From positions 213,592,001-213,656,000 of the forward strand of contig NC_086097.1 of assembly GCF_963921235.1 (NCBI RefSeq): 64,000 nucleotides of DNA, in the 5' to 3' direction. Shown here piece after piece: positions 23,755-36,522 of the stretch. Every line of letters starts with the position of its first letter. Position 1 is the stretch's first letter. The notes beneath the pieces were generated by a model. The model saw only the letters and a program-made list of their open reading frames with translations. It searched no databases and was not told where the DNA came from. A program made the position numbers and the translations under genes. Origin of the DNA: Mobula hypostoma. Taxonomy: Eukaryota.

Positions 23755-24537
23755 CAGTGGATTCCAGTTAATTGGGCCATGGGGTTAATAAGGGTGGCCA
23801 TTTATTTTTGGCTTAAAGAACAAAAACTAATCAAGAAAATAGCCGGGATTCCTTTCATTTACTTGGGACACTGTGCAGCTTAATTGGGACAGGAGACTCT
23901 TGCTGAACAGTTTCTAACTAGCGTCAATCACATGCACTTGTGTGGCCATTACTTTATGCTGAGAGTGAACAGTTTTCAAAAAGTGTTTGTTGCATGTGTT
24001 TGTGTTCGAAAAGCAGTGATTTTTGTCACTGATATATGATGAAAAATGAGCAGTAAGACAATTCAGAACTGTTTTGCTCACTGCAGTTTCAAGCATTCAG
24101 GCTTGAAGATGCCAGAAACAACGAGTGAAAATGAAATTATTTCACTACAAGTTAGGAACTACAAAGAATTTGAAGGTATCAGCAGTCATCTTGAATGTTA
24201 CAATGAAAATGAAGATTTGGAGAATACAATCATCAAAAGCATTGTATGAAGGCAGTTCATTCAGTGTCTGCACTGATTTTGTTCATTTACAGTCAATCAA
24301 AAGAACAGCAACATGCACTGGATGAACTCTGATAAATATTAGGAGCTAATAGTTTTATAGTACAGTAGTAACATTAGTGTTGTAATTTGTTCAGTATTTT
24401 ATTTAAATACATAATTTATTACTCAGTTAAATGGTGGTTTGTCTTTTTTATGCCTTTTTAACTATTTCCATTAAACTTTGGCTAATTGGGCCAAAATGTA
24501 CTGCTCCCAATGTGTCCTAATTAACTGGAATCCACTG
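23755..24537 (+). mobile_element. Non-autonomous Tigger/pogo DNA transposon (internal deletion derivative)
   Basis: 19-bp perfect TIR CAGTGGATTCCAGTTAATT, TA on the right flank, and an internal remnant SSKTIQNCFAHCSF matching a Tigger transposase C-terminus. Confidence 0.85.
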
Positions 24538-24667
24538 TAATTGTAAAAGGTGATATCCATCAAGGAAGCAAAACAGTGCTGTAGAGTTGCATCCAAATAG
24601 AAAAGCAGTATCAATGTTTAGATCGATGAAGTGGTAAAGTGGGAAAACAAGGCTGTTTTCAGGTGCA

Positions 24668-24818
24668 AACACGAGGAAATCTGCAGATGCTGGAATTTCA
24701 AGCAACTCACATAAAAGTTGCTGGTGAACACAGCAGGCCAGGCAGCATCTCTAGGAAGAGGTACAGTTGATATTTCGGGCTGAGACCTGCTGCGTTCACC
24801 AGCAACTTTCATGTGTGT
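24668..24818. mobile_element. Fold-back PLE terminal-repeat insertion
   Basis: Perfect 14-bp TSD TGTTTTCAGGTGCA (24654-24667, 24819-24832); ~30-bp inverted arm. Confidence 0.85.
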
Positions 24819-24839
24819 TGTTTTCAGGTGCAGCAAGGT

Positions 24840-25950
24840 TGAGGGATAGGGACTGCAGAGAATATGATGTAGACCAAGGTTATTGTTCTAACATTTACTT
24901 TAAATTTTATCAGCTAAAGACAAGAGTTATAGAGTCCTAGTGGCTGCAACGTGTACAGCTGGAAGATAAAACTGCTGCTTTAGACATTTTTGAATATAGC
25001 AGACTGATGATGGGTTGGAGTGGAACAAGAATTAAAGTGACACGTGACTGGATGTTCAGGATCATGCAGCTTGAAAGGAAGAATTCTGCAAGGTAACTAC
25101 CTAACCTGTGTTTGGTTCCCCCAGTGTACAGGAGATCATATTGTAAGCACTGAATACAATACATTAAATTGGAAGAAGTGCAAATGAGTTGCTATTTTCA
25201 CCCAGAAATTTTAAAGGGAAGGGGTAAAAGCACAGATATTGCATGGAAAAGTTGTGTTTTTTTTAGAAAAAAAGTGAAGCAGGAAATCTCAGACCAAGTA
25301 TTCCTCTTAATACTGAGAAGGATGGTGTGTCTGGTGATTACGTTCGTACTGAAGGTGGTGGAAATTGTGAAGATCTTTGAACGTGGGGGTTGATGGAGAA
25401 GAAACTAAGAACCTAGAAACCCGGTTCTTGTTTAAGCTGAGAGAAGAATGGGTGAGAGTTAAAATGAAAGAAATAGAAAAAGTGCAATTGAGAATACGAT
25501 AAACTGGTAGAAGAGACTCGTTGATTAAGGAAAAAGGCATTGGTATGAGAAGTTTCTTCAGTGCATATACAATGGAAATGGAGAAACTGGGAGAATAGAA
25601 TGAAGTCCTTACAGAAAGATTTGTAATGCAAATTTGGTTGATACTTTTTCACCCAGAGAAACAAAATGGGCCAAGTGAAGGTGAATGCAGGGTAGAACTA
25701 GACAGTAAAGGTTATGAGTTTCGATTGAGTTCTGTATGGAAGTTGTACCAATGAAGTCACCAATGTAATGGGAAAACATTTGAGGTCGGAGCCTGGGTGC
25801 TATCCATTGAGTTTTAGTTCCCTTCTTCACAAATATTAAGTAGGACCAGAGCCACGAGGTTTTCCTGGTCATGTTGCTCTCCAGAGAAGCTGAAACTTTA
25901 ACCCTCAATAAAAGATATTTGAGAGCAGAATTTCTACACACAAGGAATAT
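24840..25950 (-). mobile_element. Old Penelope-like retroelement (RT and GIY-YIG remnants)
   Basis: YCIQCLQYDLLYTGGTKHRLGSYLAE (decayed GIY-YIG) and HYIGDFIG (decayed YIDD) in minus-strand ORFs. Confidence 0.7.
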
Positions 25951-27469
25951 GTTACCAGAGTAACTGACAAGTCTGAGTGTGCAACTTCAAATCAATCTAA
26001 ATAAACTGGTGAACATAAGAACTATTAAGGACAACTGTATGGAATAATTACTTGGCATCAAGAGAGATAATTTTATAAAATGGCCTTTGTTTGAATTTGA
26101 TGAGGGCAAGCCAAATATTTAACAAATCCAAAACTTGGGGTCTTGGGGGTGGGGGGGAGAGAGAGCAGGTTTTAAATACAGTGTGGAATTTGAGATGCTC
26201 CAATTACTCATTCATAGTCTTATCTCTAGAAACATAACCAATGGAAGGAGTGAAAGTTTGGCCCACAGAGGGAATTATGAAAGTGATCAATAACAGTATG
26301 GATTGGCTAATTAATGTGTAGAAGTTGATTTAGAGGTTTAACTCAGGAATTAAATCTGAAAATAATTTGGCTTAATATTCTAAAACATCAAACAATTAGA
26401 ATGAAGCTCCACTGAGAAAAGACCAGATTTAATTATTAAATATTTTAATGCACATTTAAAACTGTGGATGATGAAATATGAGGGAAATAAACACTAAATA
26501 GCATATGTATTTTTTTTTGTTCAGAACTTTTTTCTGTGCATGGCCAATAACTAAGCTTTGGTCAACAGAATATTTGTGATGATACCCAAGTCACTAGTTC
26601 AATCATGTCCTTCAACTCATTGCTTCAAAGTTCTGTTCATGCTTTAGCCTTGTATTCAACACAGATGAGCACTATTTTGTTAGAGCTTCTGATAAATGCA
26701 GGCGTATTCAGATTCTTTGGGAAGCTACATACTTCATGGAAAAAGTAAAGCATCTCTATTTGTGCATAAATAGAACTGCCATTGTATTATAGGAAACTTG
26801 CTGCAATGCTTTGACTAAAGCAGCACAAAAATATTGCTGGAAATACTCAACCAATCAGGCAGCATCTATGGAAAGAGATGCAGATTTCAGGTTGAAGACT
26901 GGCAGAATGTAGGAAACAAATTAAAGTTAATTAAGCTGGTGTGGGAGGGGCAATATGGATAGGACAAGGTAATGCCTGTAATTGGATGTATGGAGCAGCT
27001 TATGGAGGTGATTATGGGAAATGACAGAGCTGTGGGATGTGACCAGTGGTTAGACTGTATTAATGAAAAGAGTAAAACTGATCCAAAATCAGTGGGATGG
27101 AAAATTAAATAGGCCAAAATAGTCATTCTGTTAGTATTCAGAATTTGATTTGTGGTATTTGATGGATGTATTACTTAAGTATTGATGTTTTACATTACTC
27201 ATGTTCATGCAACTTCTGTATGACTTTTTCAGCCAGTTCAACTCTCGGTATGAAAATAGTAGCTTGTGTAGCCTCTGGTCTTTTCCAGTACCCAACACCA
27301 ATTGAGCTTCAAACTCTTTTCTCCATTTAATGCACTAAGCAAAGATCTTGCAATTTTAGTCATGAAACTTTATTGAAAAAGCAAATAACTGCAAATCAGA
27401 CATAAACTCATTCATTTCTATTTAGATGGTGACAGAAAAGACATTGACTAAGGCTAAGTTGGCCTTAAT

Positions 27470-27730
27470 GGGTGCCATAGCAGGGCAGCAGTTGGAGCAA
27501 TGCCTATACAGCTCGGAGTTCAATTCCAGCATCATCTGTAAAGTTTGTATGTTCTCCCCATAACTTTGGGGGTTTCCGCCAACTGTTGTGGTTTCCTCCA
27601 ACACCCCAAAGACATACCAGTTAGTTGATCATTCTAAATTCTCCGTTGACTTGGCTTTAGTGAAGTAGGTGGGTTGCTGGGCAGAGCGGCTCGTTGGGCC
27701 TGAAGGACCTATGCCGTGCTGTATCTCTCT
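27470..27730 (+). mobile_element. HE1/V-SINE-type tRNA-derived SINE
   Basis: B box GGAGTTCAATTCC, V-domain GTTCTCCCC..GGGTTTCC..GGTTTCCTCC..CCAAAGAC, CR1-like tail GCTGTATCTCT. Confidence 0.75.
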
Positions 27731-28969
27731 AAGTTCTGATGCAAGCAAATAGTTAGAAATCTGTGGATGTCTGATTTGTCCATAATTTTGTTTTGCCTCC
27801 TACAAGTCTTGTCAACTTTAGGATACTGCAGGTTGTTTGGCGCTGTCCAATACATTTCATCTTGGTCTAGATACATAGCAGTGACTTGATTACTTTATTT
27901 GCCTTGTGTTCATCAGAGTACTTCAAATGTAGTAAATGCAAAATTTTTGAATGTATTACCTCCATGTAAACTGAAGTCGGACACCTTTCTCAAAACATCC
28001 TTGGCGATGTCTTATTGTGGTTGTGTTGTGCCTTACAACTACAAGCACTTTTCTTAGGAGGGCTCCCTGTACAAATGCTGTAACCTATCAGCAGATTATA
28101 CACAATTCCAACATCTTCCTGTATTGTACGACCATAGTTAGCCCATATAGTGTCTAGCAGTGGATAATTGTTACAGAATTTCTTTGCTAAAGAATTATGT
28201 ATTTACACAGACTTTTTTAAATTTTCTACTTAAACCATATGAAGAGTTGGGTGCTTATGTATGTTTTTAAAAAAGTATGTGTGTTGTACTCTACACATAC
28301 AGCATTTTGATAAGATTACTGGGTAGAATTAATGCATACATATTACCACAAATGCCTCTCAAACAATTCAGATGTGAGATTGGCACTGTAAAAATTACCT
28401 CACTCATTGAAGCTTGATAATATATCATTTTTTTTAAAATGGGAATAAAAGAAAAGGTACGACAGGATATGTAAATATTGTGGGAAGAATTTTCTGACCT
28501 CAATTTGAAACGATCTGGAAGCTTCAAATTCTGATCTTTGATGGATACATTTTTCAAATTCTATTCTGGCTTGTTGTTTCTGCCCTACCCCATTTAAAGT
28601 TGAAAGAAAAATGAAGAAAAGCAAAATAACTTTAAACATAAGGACAATCAGCTGTTTATCTTTGCAGGCTTGATAAATATTTATCTACCAGATTCATTTC
28701 TTGTTACCATGTTAGTTATTACCCCAAGGTGAGCACTTAACCTGTAATAGGATCTGATTTGGCTGCAAGGCAAAGAATAGTTATAAACTAGATAGCACAA
28801 TGAGCAATTGTTATTAATATTAGAATTGGAAACAAAACAGTCAAAATCGTCTCAGTACCTCAGTCTTTGTTAAAAAATAGTGACCCAGAAAATCTCAACA
28901 AGTCTGAGCTGAACTTACCCACCAGCTCCCATCTGCAGGTGGATCAAAAATGTTCCTTTCTCATAGGAA

Positions 28970-29544
28970 CATACATAAAAGTTGCTGGTGAACGCAGCAG
29001 GCCAGGCAGCATCTCTAGGAAGAGGTACAGTTGACGTTTCGGGCGGAGACCCTTCGTCAGGACTAACTGAAGGAAGAGCTAGTAAGAGATTTGAAAGTGG
29101 GAGGGGGAGATCCAAAATGATAGGAGAAAACAGGAACGGGAGGGATGGAGCCAAGAGCTGGACAGGTGATTGGCAAAAGGGATATGAGAGGATCGTAGGA
29201 CAGGAGGCCCAGGGAGAAGGAAAAGGGGGAGGGGGGGAAACCAGAGGATGGGCAAGGGGTATAGTCAGAGGGAGAAAAAGGAGAGAGAGAGAAAGAATGT
29301 GTGTATATAAATAAATAACGGATGGGATACGAGGGGGAGGTGGGGCATTAGTGGAAGTTAGAGAAGTCAATGTTCATGCCATCAGGTTGGAGGCTATCCA
29401 GATGGAATATAAGGTGTTGTTCCTCCAACCTGAGTGTGGCTTCATCTTTACAGTAGAGGAGGCCGTGGGTAGACATATCAGAATGGGAATGGGACGTGGA
29501 ATTGAAATGTGTGGCCACTGGGAGATCCTGCTTTCTCTGGCAGA
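28970..29544 (-). mobile_element. Young 5'-truncated Penelope-like element (GIY-YIG C-terminus plus terminal repeat)
   Basis: DLPVATHFNSTSHSHSDM..RLEEQHLIFHLDSLQPDGMN; 14-bp TSD CTTTCTCAYAGGAA (28956-28969, 29545-29558). Confidence 0.88.
29028..29069 (-). ncRNA. Minimal type I hammerhead ribozyme motif in PLE terminal repeat
   Basis: Minus strand cagttagtc-CTGACGA-a-GGGTctccGCCC-GAAAC-GTC-aactg: complete core, stem II, palindromic ACGT stem III and GUC cleavage triplet. Confidence 0.75.
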
Positions 29545-29871
29545 CTTTCTCACAGGAAGCAGTATGTGAAACTAGGCAAGCACATTGCCACATCCTACTT
29601 GGTCATCACTGGTGTGCCGAAGGGGGGAGTTCTCTTCCCCTCTCCTCTTTTCTCTATACATCAATGACTGCATCTCCAGTGAAACAATAGTTTGCAGACA
29701 ATGAAATGGGACTAATTAATAAGCAGAGGCAACAAATCCAAATGCCACCAAGAAGTAAACAAGCTAGTGTCCTGGCACAATCCCAACAACTTGGAGCTGA
29801 ATGCCATCAAAACCCTGGGTAACAGTTTGCACAGTTCCTGGGCATCATTTTGCATGACCCCGTGGCAGAAT

Positions 29872-30172
29872 GTATTTATTTATTTATTTAGAGATACAGT
29901 GCTGAAAAGGCCCTTCTGGTCCAAAAAACCACAATGTCCAGCACCCACATAACCTTGCCTTCTCTGAGGACAATTTACATCAACCAGTTAACCTTCTAAC
30001 TGGTACAACTTTGTGCTGTGGGAGGAAACCGGAACACCTGGAGGAAACCCACATGTTCATGAGGAGCAGATACAAACTCTACAGAGGACACAAGGATTGA
30101 ATGCCGAACTCCAAACGGTGACACCCTAAGCAGTAATAGTCTTGGGCTAACTGCTATGCTACCATGGTGCCC
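29872..30172 (-). mobile_element. HE1/V-SINE-type SINE
   Basis: Reverse-complement V-domain (GTGGGAGGAAACCGGAACACCTGGAGGAAACCCAC), TTTA tail, tRNA-like head. Confidence 0.75.
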
Positions 30173-31182
30173 CCATCTCCTCCATGAAGAAAAAGGTTGG
30201 GCAGAGAATGTACTACTTGTGGCAATTAGAAAAAATTTATTATCAAAGTACATGTGTCACCATATACAACCCTGAGATTCATTTTCCTGTGGACATACTC
30301 AGCAAATCTATAGAATAGTTACTGTAACAGGGTCAATAAAAGATCAACTACAGAGTAGAAGACAAAACTGTACAAATGCAAATATAAATGAATAGCAATA
30401 ACTAAGAAGAATATGAGATAACGAGATAAAGAGTCCTTAAAGTGAGATCATTGGTTGTGGAATATTTCAATGGACGGGCAAGTGAGTATACCTTCCCCTA
30501 GACATACCAGGGCAATTCAACGCCACCAGTATTTCCTTGTATGTGTAAACATGTTTGATGAATAAAGTTGGTCGTTGGTCCTTGGTCCTTGAGCTGTTTG
30601 CACCTGAAGATTGCCCGATGGCTCTTCTGCAGACCCTCGTGATGGAAGCTTCTTGCAGATTTTATCCTGGTCTTCACTAGGGAAGTCTTTTGAATATAAA
30701 TCTCATTTCACTGATGGTCTAGCTCAAAGAAATGCTGAAAAATAATTTGAACATCAACTCCAACATTAAATCATGCAAACTATTAAAAATTAGTAAAACT
30801 TTGGAAAGAATGAAACTGCAGCGCCAAGAACATTAAGTAAACTCAGTGGAAGCAAATGTAATTTGCCTTTACTTAATGGGGAGAAACTGAGTTTGCTCAT
30901 TGGCAGATCTGTACTGAATTACTGGTATATTGAGGTGGGGAGTAGTATTTTTATAACAGATGGATGTCATTCTACCCTTCTCTAAATCTGCTTCCAACTT
31001 ATGCCATTCCTATTCGCACTCTGGTACATTATGTGCAATACTTTAGCTGGGATGGGTTGGGGCGGATGGGTGGAAGCGGAGATGCAGTGAAACAAATTTA
31101 GATCACGTTTGGACAGAATAAGAATATGAGTGAGTAATAAAAATGTATGTAGTTGATAGCACGTCTATGAGAAGCACAACTT

Positions 31183-31335
31183 TTTATTTATTTATTGGGA
31201 TACAATGCAGACTAGGTCCTTCCAGCCTTTTGAGCCACGCCACCCAGCAATCCCTTGGTTTAATCCCAGCCTGACCATGGGACAATTTACAGTGACCAAT
31301 TAACCCACCAACTGGGGGAGGAGGAAACCAGAGCA
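31183..31335 (-). mobile_element. V-SINE 3' fragment
   Basis: TTTATTTATTTATT tail and GGACAATTTACAGTGACCAATTAACC. Confidence 0.65.
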
Positions 31336-31364
31336 CAGTGAATATCTTCAAGGTCACAAAAATA

Positions 31365-31510
31365 AACAAACTGTTGCAGGAATTCAGGAGTCAGGCAGCA
31401 TCCGTAGAGGGAAATGGGCAGTCCACATTTCAGCTCTCAACTCAAAAGGTCGACTGTCAACTTCCCTTTACAGATGCAGCCTGACCTGCTGAGTTCTCCT
31501 GCATCTGCAG
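31365..31510. mobile_element. Older fold-back PLE terminal-repeat hairpin
   Basis: Imperfect inverted arms GTCAGGCAGCATC.. / ..GATGCAGCCTGAC of the same family as 19320 and 51222. Confidence 0.6.
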
Positions 31511-32123
31511 TGCAAGAGACCTGCAGGGCTGCATTGGTTCAAAATAGCTAAAGGTAATCCAGATAAATTCCAAATGTTTGGAATATTTTTAGTAGTGCCT
31601 CTTAAATTACTTCTATTAAGGTCAATAGAATAAATTTTGGAATAAGCTGAAAATGTAGGGAGAAAGAATCAAGAGGTCAGACAGTACATTTGGAGAGATC
31701 AGTTCAGGTAAAATACCAGTTCTTTCTCCCCCACAGTGGAGGTGCTAAAATCAAGAGGGCATGTAGGAAGGAACTTTTTATTTTAAACCTTCTGCCTAAA
31801 GCAGTGTTTCTAGATGGGTGACAGGAAGGACATTATCCTGGAAAGCAGAATGACTGGGTAAATGAACAGAGGACATTCAGGGTAGGACAAGCTGCTCGAA
31901 GGGGGAGGTAAGGGCCAAAAGATCTCTCAACAGGCAGTCATATCTGCTTAGCATGTTGATGCCATGTTTAATTATTTTTGACTGAATAAAAATCATAAGA
32001 AAAATGTCACGGTTACAGAAGGAACTGGATTTCTGAGGCACTTAATACTGCAAACCAAGCATAATGCCACAGAGTGTAGCATACTTTCTAAAGGAATTCA
32101 CCTTGCCAAGTGAATAAACATCA

Positions 32124-32652
32124 GACATAAGAGTAAAATTAGGCCCATCAAATCTGCTCTGCCATTCAATCATAGTGTTGCATTTTCCTTCTCAACTCCA
32201 TTCTCCTGTAATCTTTGACTCCCTTACTAATCAAGAACTTACTAACTTCCACTTTAAATATACCCAGTCACTTGGCCTCTACAGCTGTCAATGGCAATGA
32301 ATTCCACAGATTCACCATCTTCTAGCTAAAGAAATTCCTCCTCATCTCTGTTCTAAAGGAGTGTTCTTGTATTTTGAGGCTGTCTGTCTGCTCTTAGACT
32401 TATCCACAATTGGAAACTTCCTCTCCATATCCACTCCAACTAACGTTCTCAATATTCAATAAGTTTCAGCGAAATCTCCTCCACCCCTTCATTCTTCCAG
32501 TACAAGCCCAGAGCCATTAAATGCTCCTCGTGCATAAATCCCTTCATTCCCGGGATCATTCTCATAAACCTCTGGACCCTCTCCAGAACATCCTTTCTTA
32601 GCTACAGGGCCCAAAACTGCTATTATACTCTAGGTGTGGTCTAACCAACGCC
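32124..32652 (-). mobile_element. CR1 LINE 3' fragment
   Basis: Similar to the CR1 3' ends at 34322 and 44292. Confidence 0.75.
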
Positions 32653-34321
32653 CATTGTGTAGGTCCATCTCTAGATAGATCTCACTACACAAATAGCTGC
32701 AAAATGGGGTGGCAGCAGCAGTCAGCATCCTTCTGCTGGCTGTGTCAATTATTTGCAATATTCCTTCAATGATATCCAAATGTTAACACATAAGTAGTTA
32801 ATATCAGCATACAAGATAACACCACCAATTTATTGAATTAGAGAGTTGTATTGTTAGAGTCGGTGCTGCCTACCAAAGGCAAATATTTGTCAATAGGTAA
32901 TGCTTTCATTTTGCATCATTATGCTGGTTCCTTTTGATTTTGTATGTTTCTGAAATATTCAGTTTCAAACAACAACTAGCCCAGAGCATTGGCCTGTTTT
33001 GCAGTGGTCCGTGATCAGAGCTAATAGAACAGTTTGTATTATTCTTCAGCTGAGGGAAGAAAGCTAATGATAAGACATTTCACATTCTGGGCTGCATATG
33101 ACCTGGGTTGAGTACTTCAATACATTCAATAGATGTACACTACTATTTACATTACAGGTTTCTTTCCTTTGTGAAGAAACTCAAACAATTTATGGTTACC
33201 CAAGGAAAACAGTTATCCCACATTAAATTCATACTGTTGACTTTCAATTTGGTGGTAAATATACAGAAGGAAAACGTGTTCACAGAGCCGAGGGCTTTCG
33301 TAAAACTATAGCTTTAAGTAAATACTTTGACATTGTCTGATATTGAAAACAAAATTCAATATTTGTTCATTTCAAAATAAATAATATTTTGAAAGATCAG
33401 CTCCTGCATCAGAATGATTTTTAAGCCAGTTTAAGCAGTTACTCCAGCAGGACAAAAGACTGCTGATTCTGGGATCTGAACAAGCAATCTGCTGCAGAAA
33501 CTCCGTGGATCAAGCAGCAATTGTCAGGATAAAAAGATTGTCCAGTTTCAGTTTGCAGGGTTCCTCCAGCAGAATATTCAATCTTAGTACTTAACAAAAG
33601 ATGTTAGTGTCATTGCATATTTCAACTTACCTTAACAGAAAATGAAGGCAGAGATATTTCACAGCCTCAAGAGGCAGCCTGTTTCCCAGGCAGTAAGTCA
33701 GGAGAAGCAGACTGCCTTTGTCCAAGCCTCCACCCAAAGATCTACTCAAAATATTGGTGTCCCAACACATTCTTCGTAATTGGGAAGGTAATAGTTCTGT
33801 TTTAGCCTTGAATACAGTAATCTCCCTAGAAATTCCAGAGTGAAATTATTCTGGTATTGGCGGGGGAGGGGAGAAGATAGGGTAGAACTTCCACTGGAAG
33901 AGGTTCTAGATTTCAGTAACACTGTTAGCATTCCTTTGATCTGATACACCTGCAAGGGAATTTTGTAAAATAGTTCTTTGGAGGTAGAGAATGTAGATTT
34001 CTAGACAGTAACTGGTTGAGGTCAGGGGGGTCTGGAAAGCAGGGTGAAAGAATTTTTTGGGATCTAAAAAGTTATTTAAAAATATGAAAGCTATGAAACT
34101 ATAGAAATCAATGGAGGCTAAGGAGAACAGGGAAATGGGTAGAGTTGTCTTCAATCACCCAAAGTGCAATAAGGTGGATAAAACCTCATGATCTGGGCTG
34201 TTGCATTTCTTGAACTATGGAACGTTAGAGAAGAAGTTGGGGAGGCCCTTGCTTCATCCTTGCTTCATGTTTGCTTCATCTTTGGCTGCAGATGAGGTTA
34301 TGGAGATCTGGAGAATGACTA

Positions 34322-35035
34322 ATAAGACCACAGGACACAGGACGTAGGAGCATATTTAGGCTTTTTGACCCATTGGGTCTGCTCTGCCATTCCATTATGA
34401 CTGATTTATTATTCCTCTGAAACACATTCTCTTACTTTCTCCCCAGCTGGACTAATCAAGGACCTATCAAACTTGCTTTAAATATGACTCCATGATTTGC
34501 TCTCCAGAGCTACCCCTGACAAAGAATCCCACAGATTCATCACCCTCTGGCAAAAGAAATTCCTCATCATCTCCATTCTAAGAGGACATCCCTCTGTTCT
34601 GAGGCTGTGGCCTCTGGTCCTAGACTTTCCTACTATAGGAAACATCCTCTCCACATCCACTCTATCTAGGCCTTTCAATATTGAATAGATTTCAATGAGA
34701 TCCCCCTTTCCTCTAAACTCCAGTGAATATGGGCCCAGGAACATCAAATGCTCCTCATATGTCAAGCCTTTATTCCTGAAATTATTCTCATGAACCTCCT
34801 CTGGATCTTCTCCAATGCCAGTACACATTTTCTTAGATAAAGAGCCCAAAACTTGCACAATACTCCAAATGTGTCCTAACCAATGCCTTATAAAGCCTCC
34901 CAAACTGTCCAAATCCTTGTGCAGACTATCATCTTCCTCAACACTACCACCTATATTCATATCATCCACAAACATAGCCAGAAAGCCATCAATTCCATTA
35001 TCTAAATCACTGACATATAATATAAAAAACCTGTG
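34322..35035 (-). mobile_element. CR1 LINE 3' fragment (RT C-terminus)
   Basis: Minus ORF contains FVDD, GDLIEIYSILKGLDRVDVERMFP, TRGHSL, NFFCQRVMNLW. Confidence 0.85.
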
Positions 35036-35202
35036 GAACACCGTTGGTCACTGGTCCCAATACCCGTAGAACACCATTGGTCACTTGTGCACCAATACCC
35101 ATGCAACACTATTGGTCACTGGTCCCAATACCCATGCAACACTATTGGTCACTGGTCCCAATACCCGTAGAACACCATTGGTCACTTGTGCACCAATGGT
35201 GT
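35036..35202. repeat. ~33-bp minisatellite, 5 copies, at a CR1/Gypsy junction
   Basis: Unit AACAC(C/T)ATTGGTCACTGGTCCCAATACCC(GTAG/ATGC), with a variant carrying CACTTGTGCACCAAT. Confidence 0.9.
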
Positions 35203-35315
35203 GACTACAGTAACTGATGTTTGGTTTAAAGAACTCGCACTTATTGTGTTGTATTCTGAACCAATGTTCTTCAGATCTTTTAAAGGCTCTCTTAAGATTT
35301 TGGAGATGTTCCTTC
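35186..35315 (-). mobile_element. Ty3/Gypsy LTR-retrotransposon RT fragment
   Basis: EHLQNLKRAFKRSEEHWFRIQHNKCEFFKPNISYCSHTI matches the Gypsy RT C-terminal pattern EHLxxL..L...KC.F....I.Y.GH.I. Confidence 0.7.
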
Positions 35316-35639
35316 AAAATGGACAAATTCACATTTTCCTCCTGTACTCAATTTGCTAGATCTTTTTCCCCATTCATTTTGCTTATCCACATCCCTTTGT
35401 GGTCCCATTGGATCCTCTTCCCAACTTGTTTTCCTTCCTATCCTGATCGTCAAGTTTAGATCAATGTTGTCCAAATCATTTTCAAGCATTTTGAGGTTGC
35501 AGCATTGGCCTGTGTGTCACTCCACTCGTTACATCTTGCTGACTCAAAAATGTATGGTGGGGTGGGAGTGGATGTGGAGGAACATCTGGTAAACAGTGAC
35601 CAAAGTTTCATGTAGTTTAGTAGGGTTGTGTAAAAGGAT

Positions 35640-36500
35640 ATAGATATCTCCAATGGAAAATATAGTTAATAGAGAAAAAAGTCAATCTGAATTGATGTAA
35701 GTATATAGCAATCAAAGGGTAGCAGGGAAAACTCATCGAAGAATAGAAAGCCTTTTAAGTAAATATGTTTTAGCTGCAGTCCAGGTAATTCCCATCAGGG
35801 AGAGGGTACAGAAAATAAGTCTGGATCTCCATGAGTGATCAAAATAATAGATCAGAGAAAATGGCAATTAACAGATACCAAGTTGTTAATACAAACAAGT
35901 AGTGGGTTAATTACTGAAATTCAAAGGGGAAGTGAAAAACAAAACAAGAGATAAGACGGAAACATGAGTACAGACTGGCAACAAATGTAAACAGGAATCC
36001 AAATATATTCAGTCAGCATACGAACAGGAAAAAGTTTTTCGGAAAAGCAGACACAAAAGAGGAATGTACATCCGCAGGCAAAGGGCACGGCTGAAGTATG
36101 GAATGAGTGTTTCAAATCAACTTTCACTAAGAAAGAGATGCTGCTCGAGTCACAGCAAAGCAAGGTGTAATTGAGATTCTGGATCGGCTAAAAATAACTT
36201 TTAAAAAAGCTATCAGAATGGCTTTCTGCATTTAATCACCAGGTCCAGATGGAACACAGTCAAGGTGGTTGAGGGAAGACAGAGAGAAAACTATCGAGGC
36301 CCTGAGTGTAATCTTCCGAATATCTCTTGATTCAGAATTGGTGTGTCATGACTGAAAATTTGTAAATGTTATGTTGTTATTCAAAAAAGGAATGTAGGGA
36401 TAAATACTAGTAATTAGATCGGCTAGTCTAACCTTAGTGGTGAGGAAACAATCACTGGAGACAGATTGAACAAACAGTTGTCGTGAAAAGTTGTTTGTCT
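35640..36500 (+). mobile_element. Old CR1 LINE internal fragment
   Basis: SPGPDG, NVxxLFKKG and SLTxVV remnants at 36235-36450. Confidence 0.65.
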
Positions 36501-36522
36501 GAAATCTCAGAAATTTGGCTTT

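Noticed and set aside
35036..35202. CRISPR-like array of ~33-bp repeats
   Set aside because: The units are contiguous with no unique spacers, there are no cas genes, the context is eukaryotic, and the sequence derives from CR1/Gypsy.
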